Positions 1 to 14,619 of a stretch of 64,000 nt of DNA are shown piece by piece; position 1 is the stretch's first letter, and the number at the start of each line of letters is the position of its first letter. Position numbers and translations under genes: made by a program. The notes under the pieces are model-generated. The model was not told where the DNA came from. It saw only the letters and a list, made by a program, of their open reading frames with translations, and did no database searches. The stretch lies in the NCBI RefSeq assembly GCF_009914755.1, contig NC_060933.1; one strand, given 5' to 3'. This DNA comes from the human T2T-CHM13v2.0 reference genome, Homo sapiens.

Positions 1-25
1 AGAATCCGTTTCAAAAAAAAAAAAA

Positions 26-660
26 GATCAACCAAATGCAATAAAAATGAAATACCATTTTACATCTATTCAAGCTCCAAAAACACCAGAAATCTAAAAA
101 TACCAAGAACTGGAAAAAATGTGGACCCACAATGGCTTTTTATGTATTGATGGTAGGAAAAAATGTTCAGTCTTCCACAAATTGAAGTCCCATAACCTAT
201 TATGCAGGGATTTTACTCCTAGGTATACACTAAGAGAAACTCACACATGTACAAACAACAGACACATATTAGAATGTTCATAGCAAGACTGTTCACAACA
301 GCAAAAACCTGGAAAACATGCAAAACGTCCATTCACAGGTAAATGAATTAAACTATGTACATTAAGATAATAGATTATTCGACAAAGTGAATGAACTACA
401 ATGACATGCAACATTATGAATAAATTTTAGCATTACATTAAGTAAAAACAATAAGTTCCAAATGATTACATCATAGAATAACCTTTTTATAAAAAATAAA
501 CCAAAATAAAAAAGTATTCCTTCTAAGAATCCATAAAGATGTGATAAAGACAAATAAAAACAGAAAGAGGGTGAATACAAAATTCAGGTTTGAATTCTGT
601 CGAGGAAGCCATGGGGATAGGATGGTTGGGGAAACCTGGAAGTCACATATAGGTTATTAT
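26..660 (+). mobile_element. Old L1M (L1ME-like) ORF2 end / 3'UTR fragment, preceded by an Alu tail at 1-25
   Basis: Degenerate L1 motifs such as tactcctaggtata, agaatgttcatagca, aaacctggaaa. Confidence 0.7.
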
Positions 661-2639
661 AATAAGTACCTACCTTTTTTTTCCCCAATGGTGGATAAAC
701 AAGTGCTTATTGCAGGCCAATGAAACTATGTCATAAACAAGGACTATGACTAATCCATTATCTAATTCTGTGCACATTATAACCAATTCTTTAAAAAGCT
801 TCTCAGCCTATATTAAATTTTTACTAAATTAAGTTTTGGTCTTCCTGACTGAAGTATAATTTTTTAAATTTAGGCCAAATCGGTTCAACTATAAAGAGTT
901 GTTATACTATTTTCCTAATATGGATAACTTTAAAATATTGAATTGCTAATATAGTGTCCTCCTAACTTATCACATATGAGTATAATTCACAGACTATAAT
1001 TTGACTCATGGTATATCCAATATAACAGTATTAATAAAACTGCAACTGAGTAAGTACTCAGTTTGCTACATACTAGAAAGAGAACAAAAACTTCCATAAT
1101 CTATAGAAAATAATCTTGCTTTTTACAAGATGACTTCTCACCTAACCCCTAAAATATAGACACTAACTCAAAAAGAACCTTCTTACTCCTGAATGACACT
1201 TTCAAGTCAACCTTAGTATTTTTCCCAACCTTTTGCTCTGAATAAGAAAAGTAAAATGCAAAACTTCTTCCTTAATACGGATTTTTTTCAGTTATTAGAA
1301 AACTCAACATTAGGATTTTCCTAACAACTCAGCCACTTAATAAATAAATGCACGTGTATACATTTAACACTTCAGGGGAAGGTAAGACTATAAAAAGAAT
1401 TTGTTCTAGTGAGTTTCAATTACCGCATTTTGTCATTTCCAATACGGTACTCACAGAACTTTATATTCACCTACCTCTGACACGGGTTCATGAGGAAAAC
1501 AGTATATATTAATAATTGATAAGCATTTGTCGAATGATTTTCATATGTAAAATGGATCTCTTGCCTGAATTTCCAGTGGAAAACAAACTTCAAACTACTA
1601 AAATTCGTATATTTATTAGCTGCAAGGTTTTAAACTATCCAACTATTTGGATAATACTGACACCCCCAACGCCCCTCCCTAGCCAAAAAAGAGACAGAAA
1701 AGGAGGAAAGAACAAGCAACGCCAGCAATGATGTGAGAAGTCGATTCAGTTATTTAGTTGTTATTCACCTGTCAAACATTCCCAGATGTCCTTGGCTTTC
1801 CCAAGATAGATCCTTCACATGACTATCAAGAATATTATCCACAGATAAGCAGGATAAGAACATTGAAGACAATCTAGAAATAGAGACATTTCCTACCAGG
1901 CAAGACACCAATAAGTGAATAAATTTGAGTCTTAAATACACAAATACGCATTCCCATACAGCGTTATACAAAGCAATTCTTATTAAAAATTAAGCAAAGT
2001 AAATTCTGCATCACAGACATTCCTGTGTGGTTCAAAATCTCAGTATTTCACAGATAAAAGGGCCAGACTCATAAATTTTAAAACTCTCACAAGATCATGC
2101 AACTAGTAAATGGCAGAGATTAAGTGCAAATTCAGGTCTGATGACTAGACTTCAAAGAAAATTAAATAAAAAAATAGAACTATGTCAGGAGACCAGGGCT
2201 ATAGTGTTGAAATGGCCACTCAGCCATAAAGGCTTTTCCCTGGCTCTGTAAATTCTGTTTCCTGAAAAATAATCATCACCCACCTATGTGCTCCCAAGGC
2301 CGCAATGAAGGTTCATTTACTAACAGTCATGGTAGTAGTTTGAAAAGCACAGTCTTATATAAGCAGGGAAGATTACCCTTCCAACCTAATCAGCGTACTG
2401 AAACTCAAGGGACAGCAATATAACGCCATGAACTTGTGACTGGTGTTTTCTCAGTATGCAACAAATTCTCCAATTCAAGAAGAATCCTGACAAAATCTCA
2501 GTTATTCAGAATGTGTAACTGATAAATGGAAAAGTACAGCCACCAGGTTCGTTTTTCGAAACTTGATAACTTTATTAAGGCAGGAGAACAGAATCGACTA
2601 AATTCAGCTTCAAAAAGCCTACCCACAAAACCCTAACAG

Positions 2640-2826
2640 TAATAATGCCCAAATACTCAGCTACATCTTTTACATGAATTACTTCATTTAATCCTCAAAA
2701 ACCATCTGTGGAGAATATGATTATACCAACTGGACAGAGGAAACAATAGTTTAGAGGAATGAAGTGACTTACCTGAGATCAAGCAGCTAGTCTGCGACAG
2801 AGCCAGGACTAGAATCAGACCACCTG
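2640..2826 (-). mobile_element. MIR (other MIR pieces at ~2045-2350)
   Basis: atttaatcctca...aagtgactt...agctagt...agagccagga. Confidence 0.7.
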
Positions 2827-2827
2827 C

Positions 2828-3122
2828 GGCCAGTCACAGTGGCTCATACCTGTAATTCCAGCACTTTAGGAGCCAAGGCGGGTGGATCACCTGAGGTCAG
2901 GAGTTCGAGACCAGCCTGGCCAACATGGTGAAACCCCGACGCTACTAAAAATACAAAAATTAGCCAGGCATGGTGGTGCGCACCTGTAGTCCCAGCTACT
3001 CAGGAAGCCGAGGCAGAATTGCTTGAACCTGGGAGGCGGAGATTGCAGTGAGCCGAGATTGCGCCACTGTACTCCAGCCAGCGTGACAAAGCGAGACTCC
3101 ATCTCAAAAAAAAAAAAAAAAA
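2828..3122 (+). mobile_element. AluS (Sx-like)
   Basis: Full dimer with A tail. Confidence 0.95.
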
Positions 3123-3128
3123 GAATCA

Positions 3129-3326
3129 CTAAAAGTAGAACTACCGTTTGATCCAACAATCGTACTACTGGGTATCAACCCAGAGGAAAAGAAGTCATTA
3201 TATGAAAAAGATACTTGTACATGCATGTTTACAGCAGCACAATTCACAAAATTGCAAAAATGTGTACCAGCCCAAATGCCCATCAATCAATGAGTGGATA
3301 AAGTGTGGTGTATATATATATATATG

Positions 3327-3373
<47 letters not shown>

Positions 3374-3717
3374 GAACAGTACTCAGCCCCAAAAAGGAAT
3401 GAATGACATTCTCAACAACCTGGATGGTACTGGAGACCATTATTCTAAGTGAAGTAACTCAGGAATGGAAAACCAAACATCGTATGTTCTCACTAATAAG
3501 AGGGAGCTAAGCTATGGGGATGCAAAGGCATAAGAATGATGGGTGGTGAGGGATAAAAGACTATAAATCAGGTTCAGTGTACACTGCTTGGGTGATGGGT
3601 GCACCAAAATCTCACAAATCACAGGTAAAGAATTTACTCATATATCCAAATACCACCTGTTCCCCAAAAACCTATGGAAATAAAAATTTTTTATTAAAAA
3701 TTAAGAAAATAAAAGAA
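3129..3717 (+). mobile_element. L1PB1-like 3' end
   Basis: 3'UTR ggtgatgggtgcaccaaaatctcacaaatc...cctatggaaataaaaa. Confidence 0.85.
3311..3368. repeat. (TA)n(CA)n microsatellite
   Basis: Direct reading. Confidence 0.95.
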
Positions 3718-4208
3718 AGAATCAGACCACCTGTCTACAGAGCTGGGACTCCTCATGACTCATTATGCTAATAAAGGTTCTGCAAAACAGACCATCCCTC
3801 TCTTGAAAGAGTCAGGTCAAATGCTACCTCTCCAGAAAGCCTTCCCTCATCCCATCCCAAGTGTAACATTAATTCTCCCTCCTCTTTGTTCTCAAAACAA
3901 GTTTTATTTCCTCTCAGACAACTGTACCTACCTATACTATATTCATACAGATATGAATGAACAAATATGAAAATCTCAGTATTATGAATCTTGACATTTA
4001 TGCACGTGTTTATATGTGTGTGGGTGTATATATATGTACAAAATCCTGGCTGATTTTTTAAAACAAAATTTTACTTTAGTCTCTGGGCATATAGATTGCT
4101 TCGCATTATAGTTTCTGGTGTCCACATTTTTGCTCCTCTTGTTAATAATCACTTGGTATGGATAGTGAGTCCACTGTTCCTGGGTTATGGTCTTAGGCAA
4201 GCATGTAA

Positions 4209-4540
<332 letters not shown>

Positions 4541-4695
4541 TGAAGCCCATTACTTACATAGCTCACCCAATCATTACAGCCACTCTGATCTTAATTCTTA
4601 AAGCTGGGGTTAGGGTAAGAACCAGAGCCATGCCAATCTCATTTACTATTCAGTTAACAAATATTTATTGTATACAAATTATAAAAATTCAATAA

Positions 4696-4988
4696 GGCCA
4701 GGCATGGTGGCTCATGCCTGTAATCCCAAAAATTTGGGAGGCCAAATTACCTGAGGTCAGGAGTTTGAGACCAGCCTGGCCAACATGGTGAAACCCTGTC
4801 TCTACTAAAAATATAAAAATTAGCCGGGTGTGGTGATGCGTGCCTATAATCCTAGATACAGGGGAGGCAGAGGCAGGAGAATCGTTTGAACCCAGGAGGC
4901 GGAGTTGCAGTGAGCTGAGATCGTGCCATTGCACTCCAGCCTGGGAGACAAGAGCGAAACTCCATCTCAAAAAAATAAAATAAATAAA
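4696..4988 (+). mobile_element. AluS with small internal deletion
   Basis: Dimer; TSD aaattcaataa. Confidence 0.9.
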
Positions 4989-5959
4989 TTCAATAAATAC
5001 AGTGTTGGTAACATTCTAAAATTCTACGAACAAGAAGGCCCTCAGCTTCCAAGTTCGATTCTGGATTCTTATATTTCCAAAGCACAAAGTTAGGTCTACT
5101 CCTAATGTCTGATAACAGTGAAAGAAAGATTTCGGACATCTCATTTCCCACTCCTCTGCTGAAAATTAGACTCAACCATGCTTACTCTGTAACCTACTCA
5201 CAGAAATAAGATGTTTAACCCTTGGAATGAAATTTTTCAAAATACCATCCTTAACATCTTAAACCCTCCACCCTTATTCTGCATTCAACTTAAGACAGTG
5301 CCTTCTCCCACAGGAAGCGTCCTCTCATCTTGACCTGTACCGCTACCCCCTTCCTAATCCTTTGCCTGGCATGGACTGAATGAAGAAGACCTCCCATATC
5401 TCACACTGCACTAGTTTTGCCCTATGTTTTACCACTTACCAGCTCTGTAACTACATGTTCCTAGAAGGCAGATACTGTGTTTTGCTCTTGGCTGTATACC
5501 CCTAGTATATATCACAATGCCTAGATAGTAAGCTCTCAAATAGTTGTCAAGCGAATAATCAAATGAATAAATGATTGATGACTCAATTATAATTCCTGGT
5601 ACTTCAGGGTGGGAATACGTGCAACTCCTCATCATTCTTTATAGTTGGAGCACAGCTAGGCTCATAATTTACAACAGACAGTCTTGCCATAGAAATGTCT
5701 ATCATGCTCCATGCAAATATATGTCGTGACCACAGCTGCTGTGCTTACTACCCTTTAGTCACTGAGAAGCAAATCCAAGCTTATCAGAGTGTACTTGAAC
5801 TGAGGTCCTGACCACGATTCATTCTAAAGATGCTTTATTCTCAGATAAAGGGAACTACCCATATAAATAGCAAACACTGCTACGATATCATGTACAATTA
5901 CATGTCCCATCTTGTAAAACTGATTACCTTGGCAAGTGAGCCTTCATTTTTTATCTCCC

Positions 5960-6170
5960 ATGTTCCATAGAGTGTACAGGACACTTTGCATTAATTACCT
6001 CAGTTAATATTCACATCAACTCTACAAGGTAAATGTGATACAATCAGTCTCTATTTTAAGGTTTACAAACTGAAACTCAGTTAAGTCACTTGTCCAAAGG
6101 TACACAAGGGAAAATCTACAATTTAAATCCAAGTCTGTTAGGTGCCAAAACCTATGGTTCTCTACAATTT
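5960..6170 (-). mobile_element. MIR
   Basis: aaactgaaactcagttaagtcacttgtccaaaggtacaca. Confidence 0.65.
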
Positions 6171-7539
6171 TAAGTGCCCTCAAGTAAAAGATACCTGCCT
6201 TATCTGCTTCTCAAGGTGCTATGAATCAACTAAAAATTGAGTTCCGATGTCAGGAAGAAATAATCACCCAATAACTTAAAGTCAGGCTTCCCATTTAGTA
6301 TTACATATAAATACAAACTCAACCCGAAAGATAAAAGGAACCTCAAGAATCAAAGCTGCCATAATGAATGAGTTACTGATACTATCTTGTAAAAATTTAA
6401 GTCACTGTTAGAAGTTGGGCTTTTTCAAAACAAAGTTACTCAAAATGATAGAGTAGAAGGATAATCTAACCATCTGTTAACAGGATGGTTAAAGGTTAGG
6501 AAAACAAGACCAGAAAGAAAAAAAAGCATCTTATTCCAAGAATAACAAACCATATGCAAAGATACTCCCTTGCCAATTTATAAGAAACACAAAGAATGTG
6601 AAAAAGAAATGGGAAAAATAATGAGACAGTATTTAAAGAATGTCTTTTCTAAGTTGTCAGTGAAAACAAGGTAAAAATCATTGCCAATTAGACCACAGAA
6701 GATCTGAAATACAACCTAAGAACAGCACCATGTGTTTACTTCCTCCGAAATTAAAAGCATGTCCACTTAAAGGCATATTCTCTTGTGAAATCATTCTAAT
6801 CAATGCAAACAGTCACCAGATAAAGTTAAACCTCCCTTAAAACTATAATTAGCTACTAGTTAGGTTATTTTCAATAAAGGCATTTGATATAATGCTGAAC
6901 TATTTTAAACTTAAACATATAAGTGGTGTCCATTCTTATTTCCCACTGTCCTTTACTGACAATATTTGAAGATGCTGGCATTCAGTATTGCAAATCCACA
7001 CTGGCTTCTCTGCCACATACGTTTGCTTTTCAACTTCTTAAAGATTAATGAGCCTTCACTTAAATGCATTTCTAGCTTGTCAGTCCAGATATTTCAATGG
7101 CTTTATACAATTTCTCTTCAAATAAAATTTTAACAGACAAGGCAGTTTTTTATTCTTTATAGTTACGGTGGAAGCTTAGTTAGCATCCTCACACTACAAA
7201 CAATTCCTAAAGAAATCAAATTAAACAATGCCCATAGATAATGTTTCTAAATTCAGGACCCAGCACAATTCCTACATCTTTCCTATGGCATCTTCACAGC
7301 TTCTGTCTATGATATACTGTCTTATCACAGATTTAACTAATATTACCTCCTTCTCTCTCTTCTTACTACACATTCTTAGCATAGAATGTTTTCTTCACTG
7401 TTCTTCACCATTATTTTTATAACTATAATGAGTTAGCTGAGGAGTGGACTGGGAATGATATGTAACATGTAATCAAAAACAATGCAATGAGGAAATAACC
7501 TAAATGAATTATACAGCTTATTTATACATTAAATATGAC

Positions 7540-7852
<313 letters not shown>

Positions 7853-8019
7853 TAAATATGACTTTTAAAGGACATAAATTTCCTATATAAGGTGCAGGGG
7901 TGGGAAAATATAATTTGGTTAATTATCCCATATATATTCTATTAGTGACTGGAATTATGATTAACCATGTGCCAGGCATCAGGGTGAATACTAACATACA
8001 TAATCTAATTTAATAACAC

Positions 8020-9010
8020 TAACAATAATAATAAAATGATGCCTCACATTTACATAGCGCTTACTGTTCTAAGTACACTGCATATATCATTTCATTTATC
8101 CTTGCAACAACCCTATAAAAGAAGTACTATTATTTCCAATTCACGGATGAGGAAATAGAGGCCTGAAAAATTTAACTAACCCACAATATAAATGAGGAAG
8201 TGACAAAGTCATAATTGAGATTTAGGTTGGAAGATAAAATCAAGCCAAGCTCTTGCCCTGTAAATAATCACTGTATCACCCCGTCCCTAAACCATTCTAC
8301 AAGGGCTCCCTATGCCCTAAAAGACAGAGAACAGGAGTTTGCAATCTCCATAATGACACACCACCTCACATACAACCTTATCTTCAACAATATTTATAAT
8401 CTTCAGCTAGAACCAAATCAACCTTGCTGCCATTCCCCAAATCCATCATTCAGTCCCCATGCCTTTATTCACGTAACTTCCCCCGACCCAAAGAGTCTCT
8501 ACGATTTCAACCCCCCACAAACTCTGCCTGGGGTTCAGACCAAGTCACACCTCCTTCACAGGATATTCTCTGACATATCCAGCCAATTGTAAAATTCTCT
8601 TTGCATTAAACTCTTTTAGTAATTACCACAGGCTATCACCATTTTAGCTATTAATCACATACTGCCTCATATTACAAATTGAATGTTTTCAACATGCTTT
8701 TCTCCAAACTATAAATTGAAGGCCAGAATTATGTCCCAAAATCCAGTATCCACCTCAGTTCATAGCAAAGTTATACATATAAGAGAAGCTCAATAAATAC
8801 TGTTAAATTGATGAACGTGTACTTTTATTTAGCGAGACGCAGTAAGGCAAAGTGGGGAAAGTATAGGCTTTGATGTCTCACAGACTTGGATTTAAATCCA
8901 CTATTTTCTAGCTGTGTGAAAGGGACAAGTTATCCAGAGTTTTTATTCTCATCTGTACTAACAACAATAAAACCTGTATTTCACAGAGTTGCTACAAAAT
9001 TTAAATGAGA
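8020..9010. mobile_element. MIR(-) / L2(+) / MIR(+) fragments
   Basis: MIR core at 8090-8170, L2 3' end gctcaataaatactgtt at ~8790, MIR at 8835-9010. Confidence 0.6.
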
Positions 9011-9386
9011 GAAAAAAGACAATTACCTTCAAAGGAGGGACACACTGCCAGCTCTCAATATTAACAATGGATCCAGAATGGGAGCTTCCCCGTGCTTAAA
9101 GAAAATAACTGCCAATACACAATTCTATATCTAGTAAATACACAGCCTTCAGGAATGAATGCAAACAAATGAACTTTCTGATAAACAAAAACAGAGTATG
9201 CCACAGGTAAACCTGTATTAAAAGAAATTCTAAAGGGTATTCTTCAGGCAGAAAGAAAATTATTACAGATAAAAAATTAGAGATTCAGATGGAAAAAGAG
9301 CAAATAAAGAGGTAAGCATATGGGTAAATCTAAGTGAATATGAACAGTTATAACATTATTTTTAAAATGACAAATATTATTTAATA

Positions 9387-9712
9387 CAGTGATGCATTTC
9401 TTAACAAAAGTGATACAACCTAAGAAATGTGTCACTAGGCAATTTCATCATTGTGTGACATCATAAAGTGTACTTACACAAACCTAGATGTTATGGCCTT
9501 CTATACACCTAGGTTATTATAGCCTATTGCTTCTAGGCTACAAACCTGTACAGCAAGTTATTCTACCAAATACGGTTGTAGGCAACTGTAACACAATCTA
9601 AATGTATCCACACACAGAAAAAGTACAGTAAAAATATGATATAATCTCATGGGACCACTGTACATTGTACAAGCAGTCTGTCATTGAAACTTCATTGTGC
9701 GGTGAATGACTA
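9387..9712. mobile_element. Tigger3a/MER7A-like TcMar element inside an old L1M
   Basis: acttacacaaacctagatg...tagcctattgc...ggctacaaacctgtacagca; CAGT..ACT termini. Confidence 0.85.
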
Positions 9713-10659
9713 AACTTGTGGGCTTAAATGTATACAATAATGTAAACAACTAAAATGGCATGTAGGTGGAGAACAGGGTAAAGGAAGTTAAAGTATTCTA
9801 AGATGCAGACATTGTCAGTACTACCAGTTACCAATTAACAATAGACTCCAACAAGTCAACAATGTATCACTGTATTTTTTTAAGAAACCCACTAACAGGA
9901 CTGTATAACTAACCTCCAAATAACTGAGGAGAAAACATGATTTATTTTTTAAAATGCCCCAGTACAATGCCACTTCCTTTCAAAGTAGGAAGAAATAACT
10001 TGTCAAAAATGAAGAAACCAAGACTTAGCAGGGTTAAGTGACTTCCAAGTTGCAGAGCTAGTACGCAGGATTGGAATTTGAAATCAGGTCTATCTAGCTC
10101 CAAAATTTATATTATTTCCATGACATCACGTTAATTCTTGGTGGAAAAAGCAAAATGACCAACTGACAATAAAATAGAGACGTTTGTTTTTTGTTTATAG
10201 AGATTTTTTTTAAGGTAGTGGAAAGAATAATTAGAGAAAGAAAACAACAAAGAATTTTTAAAAAGAGAAAAGGAGGAGCTAAGCTGGGTGAAGCGTTGGG
10301 TCTCTCGGGCCTGCCTGTGTTTCAGGTCATAATCTCCTTCATCTTGGCTGTGGCTGTGACCCACAACATGCTCCTACTAAGGGGTGCCCCTTTCCTACCA
10401 TGACTCCGGAGAGCCCTTCCTCCCAAAGACCCTCTCTCTGTCCCTTTGCCATTCCTCCCACATCTTGCCACTCACATCCTCCACGGGTGGTGGCAAAAGA
10501 CAGAATAGGCATGCTCTTCACGCTCTATCAGTAACCAGCTGATGTGTCCTCAGACAAGTCTCCCTGGGTCGCACTTTCCTCATTTGTAAAAACAAGGGGT
10601 TGGATTAGAAGATCTCTTAAGACCCTTCAGAGTCATATTTTATTATCAATTAACTGTTA

Positions 10660-11700
10660 AAAATCTACACTTTGAAAACAGGAAAATTAAAAGACTATTA
10701 AAATTAACACTTGTGTACTCTTCATTTAGGTTCATCAATAGTTAACGTTTTGCTACATTTGCTGTATCTCTGTGTTTTGTGAAACCATTTGAAAGTAAGT
10801 TGCAGACATCTTGACTTCACCCCTAAATAAATACTTCAGCGTCTTTTTTAAGAATCCAGACCAAGGGTTTTAAAGAACGCTCCACATTCTGATTTCTCTG
10901 ATTGTTTCTTCATTTCCGGCAATGATTTAAACAAAGGTGATGGTGCATAGCTCTTACTGCATCAAGTCAGGGGGTACTTGATACCAGCTCCTTGATCTTA
11001 AGTTTTAGTCACTTCATTAAGGTGGTGAATGACAGATCTCTATATTGTAAAATTATTTTCCCTTTATTAAGTAGAAAGTAACCTGTAAAGTGATACTTTG
11101 AGACTGTGTAAATATTTTCTTCTCCCAACAGTCTTTCACCTAATAGTTATGGCATCCAGTGATCGTCCTTACCTGAACCAGATTATTATGTGGGGTATAC
11201 AAAAAGGTGATTTTCTCATTATATAATTCCTTTTACATTTATCACCTGGCAATCTTCTGCAAAGAAGATTTCGCTTTTCTCTCTTTCTCTTCACCTCCCT
11301 TCCTACCCCTCTCCTCGCTCTTTCCTTCTCTTTCTCACTATGAAATCATGGCAGTGTTTTCTTTTTTTTTTTTCCACTCAATGTCTATTACCATTTTGTA
11401 ATGTTCAAGTTGTCTCAAATTTGGCCTGTGGTAGCCTTTACAAGTGAGTTCCTGTGTTCTTCAGACATGTGCCCCGAGCCTTTCACAGCTCCCTTGCTTT
11501 TTGACACAAGATGTTCCAGACTTAGACAGCACTCTTCTGGTCCCACACCTGGAATCAGCCACTTCTCCGAGGTTCCTTTTAGTGGCAAATGGTATTAAAA
11601 AAACAATATATGGGCACTAGATATGCTCATCTCTGCTGGCTGCCATTGCTTTTAGGCCCTTTCAGTCAATAGAGCAAGTAAATATTTTTAAAACCATGAG
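10660..11700 (-). mobile_element. L1MC4/5-like 3' region (resumes ~12866-13000)
   Basis: aaccatttgaaagtaagttgcagacatc motif; catgagttca repeated on both sides of the interruption. Confidence 0.7.
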
Positions 11701-11704
11701 TTCA

Positions 11705-12233
11705 ACAAATTACTAATATCAGAAATAAAAGAGGAGCCACCTATACTAAACTGTTGGGAATTAAAAAGATAATCAAGGAGTACTATGAACAATTCTACGG
11801 CCACTGATCGATAACCTCAGTAAAATGTATCAATTCCTTGGAAAGGCATACTCTTCCGAAGGTCACAGTAGAAACACAGATCATCAGAATAAGCCTATGC
11901 CTCTTAAAGAAGTTGAATTAACATTAAGAATATTCCAAAAGGAGAAGGCACCAAACCCAGATAGTTTCTCTTATGAAATCTACCAAATTTTAGGAATCAC
12001 AATCTACTTTTACAATATGATCCAAAAATTGTGCTTAAGTATTTACCCAGTTGACCTGCACAGGAACGTTTATGACAGCTTTATTTATAATCATCAGAAC
12101 TGGAAGCAAAAAAGATGTCTTTCGAGGTGAATACCAAAAAAAAAAGGCAAATGATAGCAATATTATTCAGTGATTTAATGGAGTTCACCATCAAAGCATA
12201 AAAAAGACATGAAGGAAGCTCAGATAGATAGAT

Positions 12234-12282
<49 letters not shown>

Positions 12283-12720
12283 AAATGAGCTCATCTAAAA
12301 AAAGCTATGTAATATATTATTCCAACTATATGACATTCCAGAAAGGGCAGAACTAAAGACAATAAAAATATCAATAGTTGCCAAGATTTCTGGAGAAAGA
12401 GGACAGAGGTTAATAAGTGGAAACGGGATTTTTAAAGCATGAAAGTATTCTTTATGAGACCATAATGGTAACCATAACATTATAAATATTTCAAAATTCA
12501 CAGAACTGTATAACAGAATGAACATTATGCAAATTATACTTTAAATAATAACATATCAATATTTGCTCATTAATTTTAGCAAACGTGCCAACAGTAATGT
12601 AAGATGTTAAAAATAGGTGGAATTATGAGGTGGGAGTGAGGGGATAGAATGATATGAAAACTTTTTGTATTACATGCTCAATTTTTATGTCAATCTAAAA
12701 CTCTCCAGTTAAAGAAATAC
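11705..12720 (+). mobile_element. L1MC1-3-like fragments (ORF2 piece plus 3'UTR)
   Basis: tactatgaacaattcta, aaggcaccaaacccagatagtttc, tatgacattccagaaagggc. Confidence 0.75.
12222..12280. repeat. (AGAT)3 GAT (AGAT)11 STR
   Basis: Direct reading. Confidence 0.97.
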
Positions 12721-13924
12721 ATTAGTTTTTAAAATAATAATATAGTACCACTGTTTCAGGGAGATCTCTTCATACTAATGTTCAACAATCAGGTAATATC
12801 TAGACATTATGAGCTCAAAACATTATTATTAAATGTGAAGCAAAATTGGAAAAAAGAAACACAAAAGCATGAGTTCATATAGATAATTCCAATTCAACGT
12901 TACAATTTTTTTTTATGAACCTCTTGGATTTTTTTCCTCTTCCACTAAAAATCTTGATTCTTAGTATTTATTTATATTCATATATGTGCTTTATAATTAA
13001 CAGAAATTACAGGGAACAGTTCAACATTTCTTTGCGGGATAAGCTCTCAGAGGCAAGAAGCCACTTTATTAATGGTTTATTTTTTACTTCTGACACAGGC
13101 AGAACCAAAGGTGCTAGAGTAGAGCAACAAAGTAGAAGCAAAGAAGAGTACGCAAGGTGCTCCAGAGATGCTATAGTTAGAAAAATTCCACATGGATTTA
13201 CACTGGCAGAATTACACTTCACAACATGTTTCAAAATTCCGAGTTCCACAAAATTCAAATGCCACAAAACAAAATACACAGTGAATAAAAAAGAAAACAT
13301 CTACTCATATTTATATATTAGCTCTAATCTTTACAAGGTGGAGCCCCATTTTATAAAGAAACTAAAAACTAAGAGATTAAGCTAACCAAATTCACACCCA
13401 CTCATGCCTTGTCTAATCTTGTCTCCAATCATGGGCCCAAATCTTTTTTGTAACTATTTCCTAACAGCTGGACACACCTGTAACAAAAACACAATTCTTC
13501 ACTCACAGAACAAAACAGCTTTCATTAACTCTCTCGCAGTTCAGGAACTAAACAGGGCTACCTATTACCTCCTGAATCAGATTTCACCTGACTTAATTCA
13601 ATCCTATCACCCATTGTTCCCATCACTTCTAATTCCAGTCAGACCAGTGAGTTCTCTGTTCTAAAAAATGCCAAGATAATTCCCACCCACAGACATACTC
13701 ACGATTCATCTTTTCACGCAACTTTCACGGAGCATTTACTACGTGTTCTAGGCCTGTACTCGATACTAAGAGGAGAAAGACAAAACAAGAAATCCCACCT
13801 CAAAGAGTTAATAACATTATAGGAAAGAGATACTTGTAACTGATTAGGTAGACTCAAACAAGTACTATACTGGGGTACAAAGTCCTATTGAAAACAGAGG
13901 AAGATGTCAAAAAGAAGTGACCAA

Positions 13925-14490
13925 TTGGAACTTACATGTACTGCTGGTAGTAGTGGAAAGTGAAAAAAAGATACTTAAAACTTTTCAGCAGACTCTCCTA
14001 AAGCTGAACATACACAGAACCCATGACCCATTAGTTTCACTCCATGTTACATACCTAGAGAAACATATATATTTAAACCAGAGGACGTGCAAATATGTTC
14101 ATAGCAGTACTTACTTGCATTAGTCAAAAACTGGAAATAGCCTATGTGTCCATCAATAGTACAATGGATAGTGTTATACTCACACAATGAAACAATATGA
14201 AATCAACAAAAAATGAAGTCCACAAATATTGAAAGAAATGCTGAAAGAAAGAAACCATACACACACAATTTTGATTACATAAAGTTTGAAAACAGGCAAA
14301 ACTAGTCAAAACCAGTGATTCAGTGGTGGAGTGGGGAGTGTGCAGTGATGAAGATGAGGACACGGGAGAAGTTTCTGGGTGCTGGCAACGTTCTATTTCT
14401 TCTGGGTACCGGTTATAAGGATGAATTCACTTCAAGAAAATTCATCAAGCTATACACACTTATGATTTATGTAGTTTGTTTTACACTTTA
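13925..14490 (+). mobile_element. L1ME-like 3' fragment
   Basis: atgttcatagcag...aaaactggaaa...caggcaaaacta...aaattcatcaagct. Confidence 0.7.
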
Positions 14491-14619
14491 ACAAAAATTT
14501 TACTTACAAAAGACAGATGGGGAAAAAGGAAAACAGAAAAGTAAACTAGCATTTATATTCTAGTAAGTTCCTAGACACCATGGAAATTATTCTATCTAAT
14601 CACAGCCACCTCTGGAGGT

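Noticed and set aside
12915-13385. 156-aa plus-strand ORF
   Set aside because: Starts in an L1 remnant, no recognisable domain, antisense within an intron
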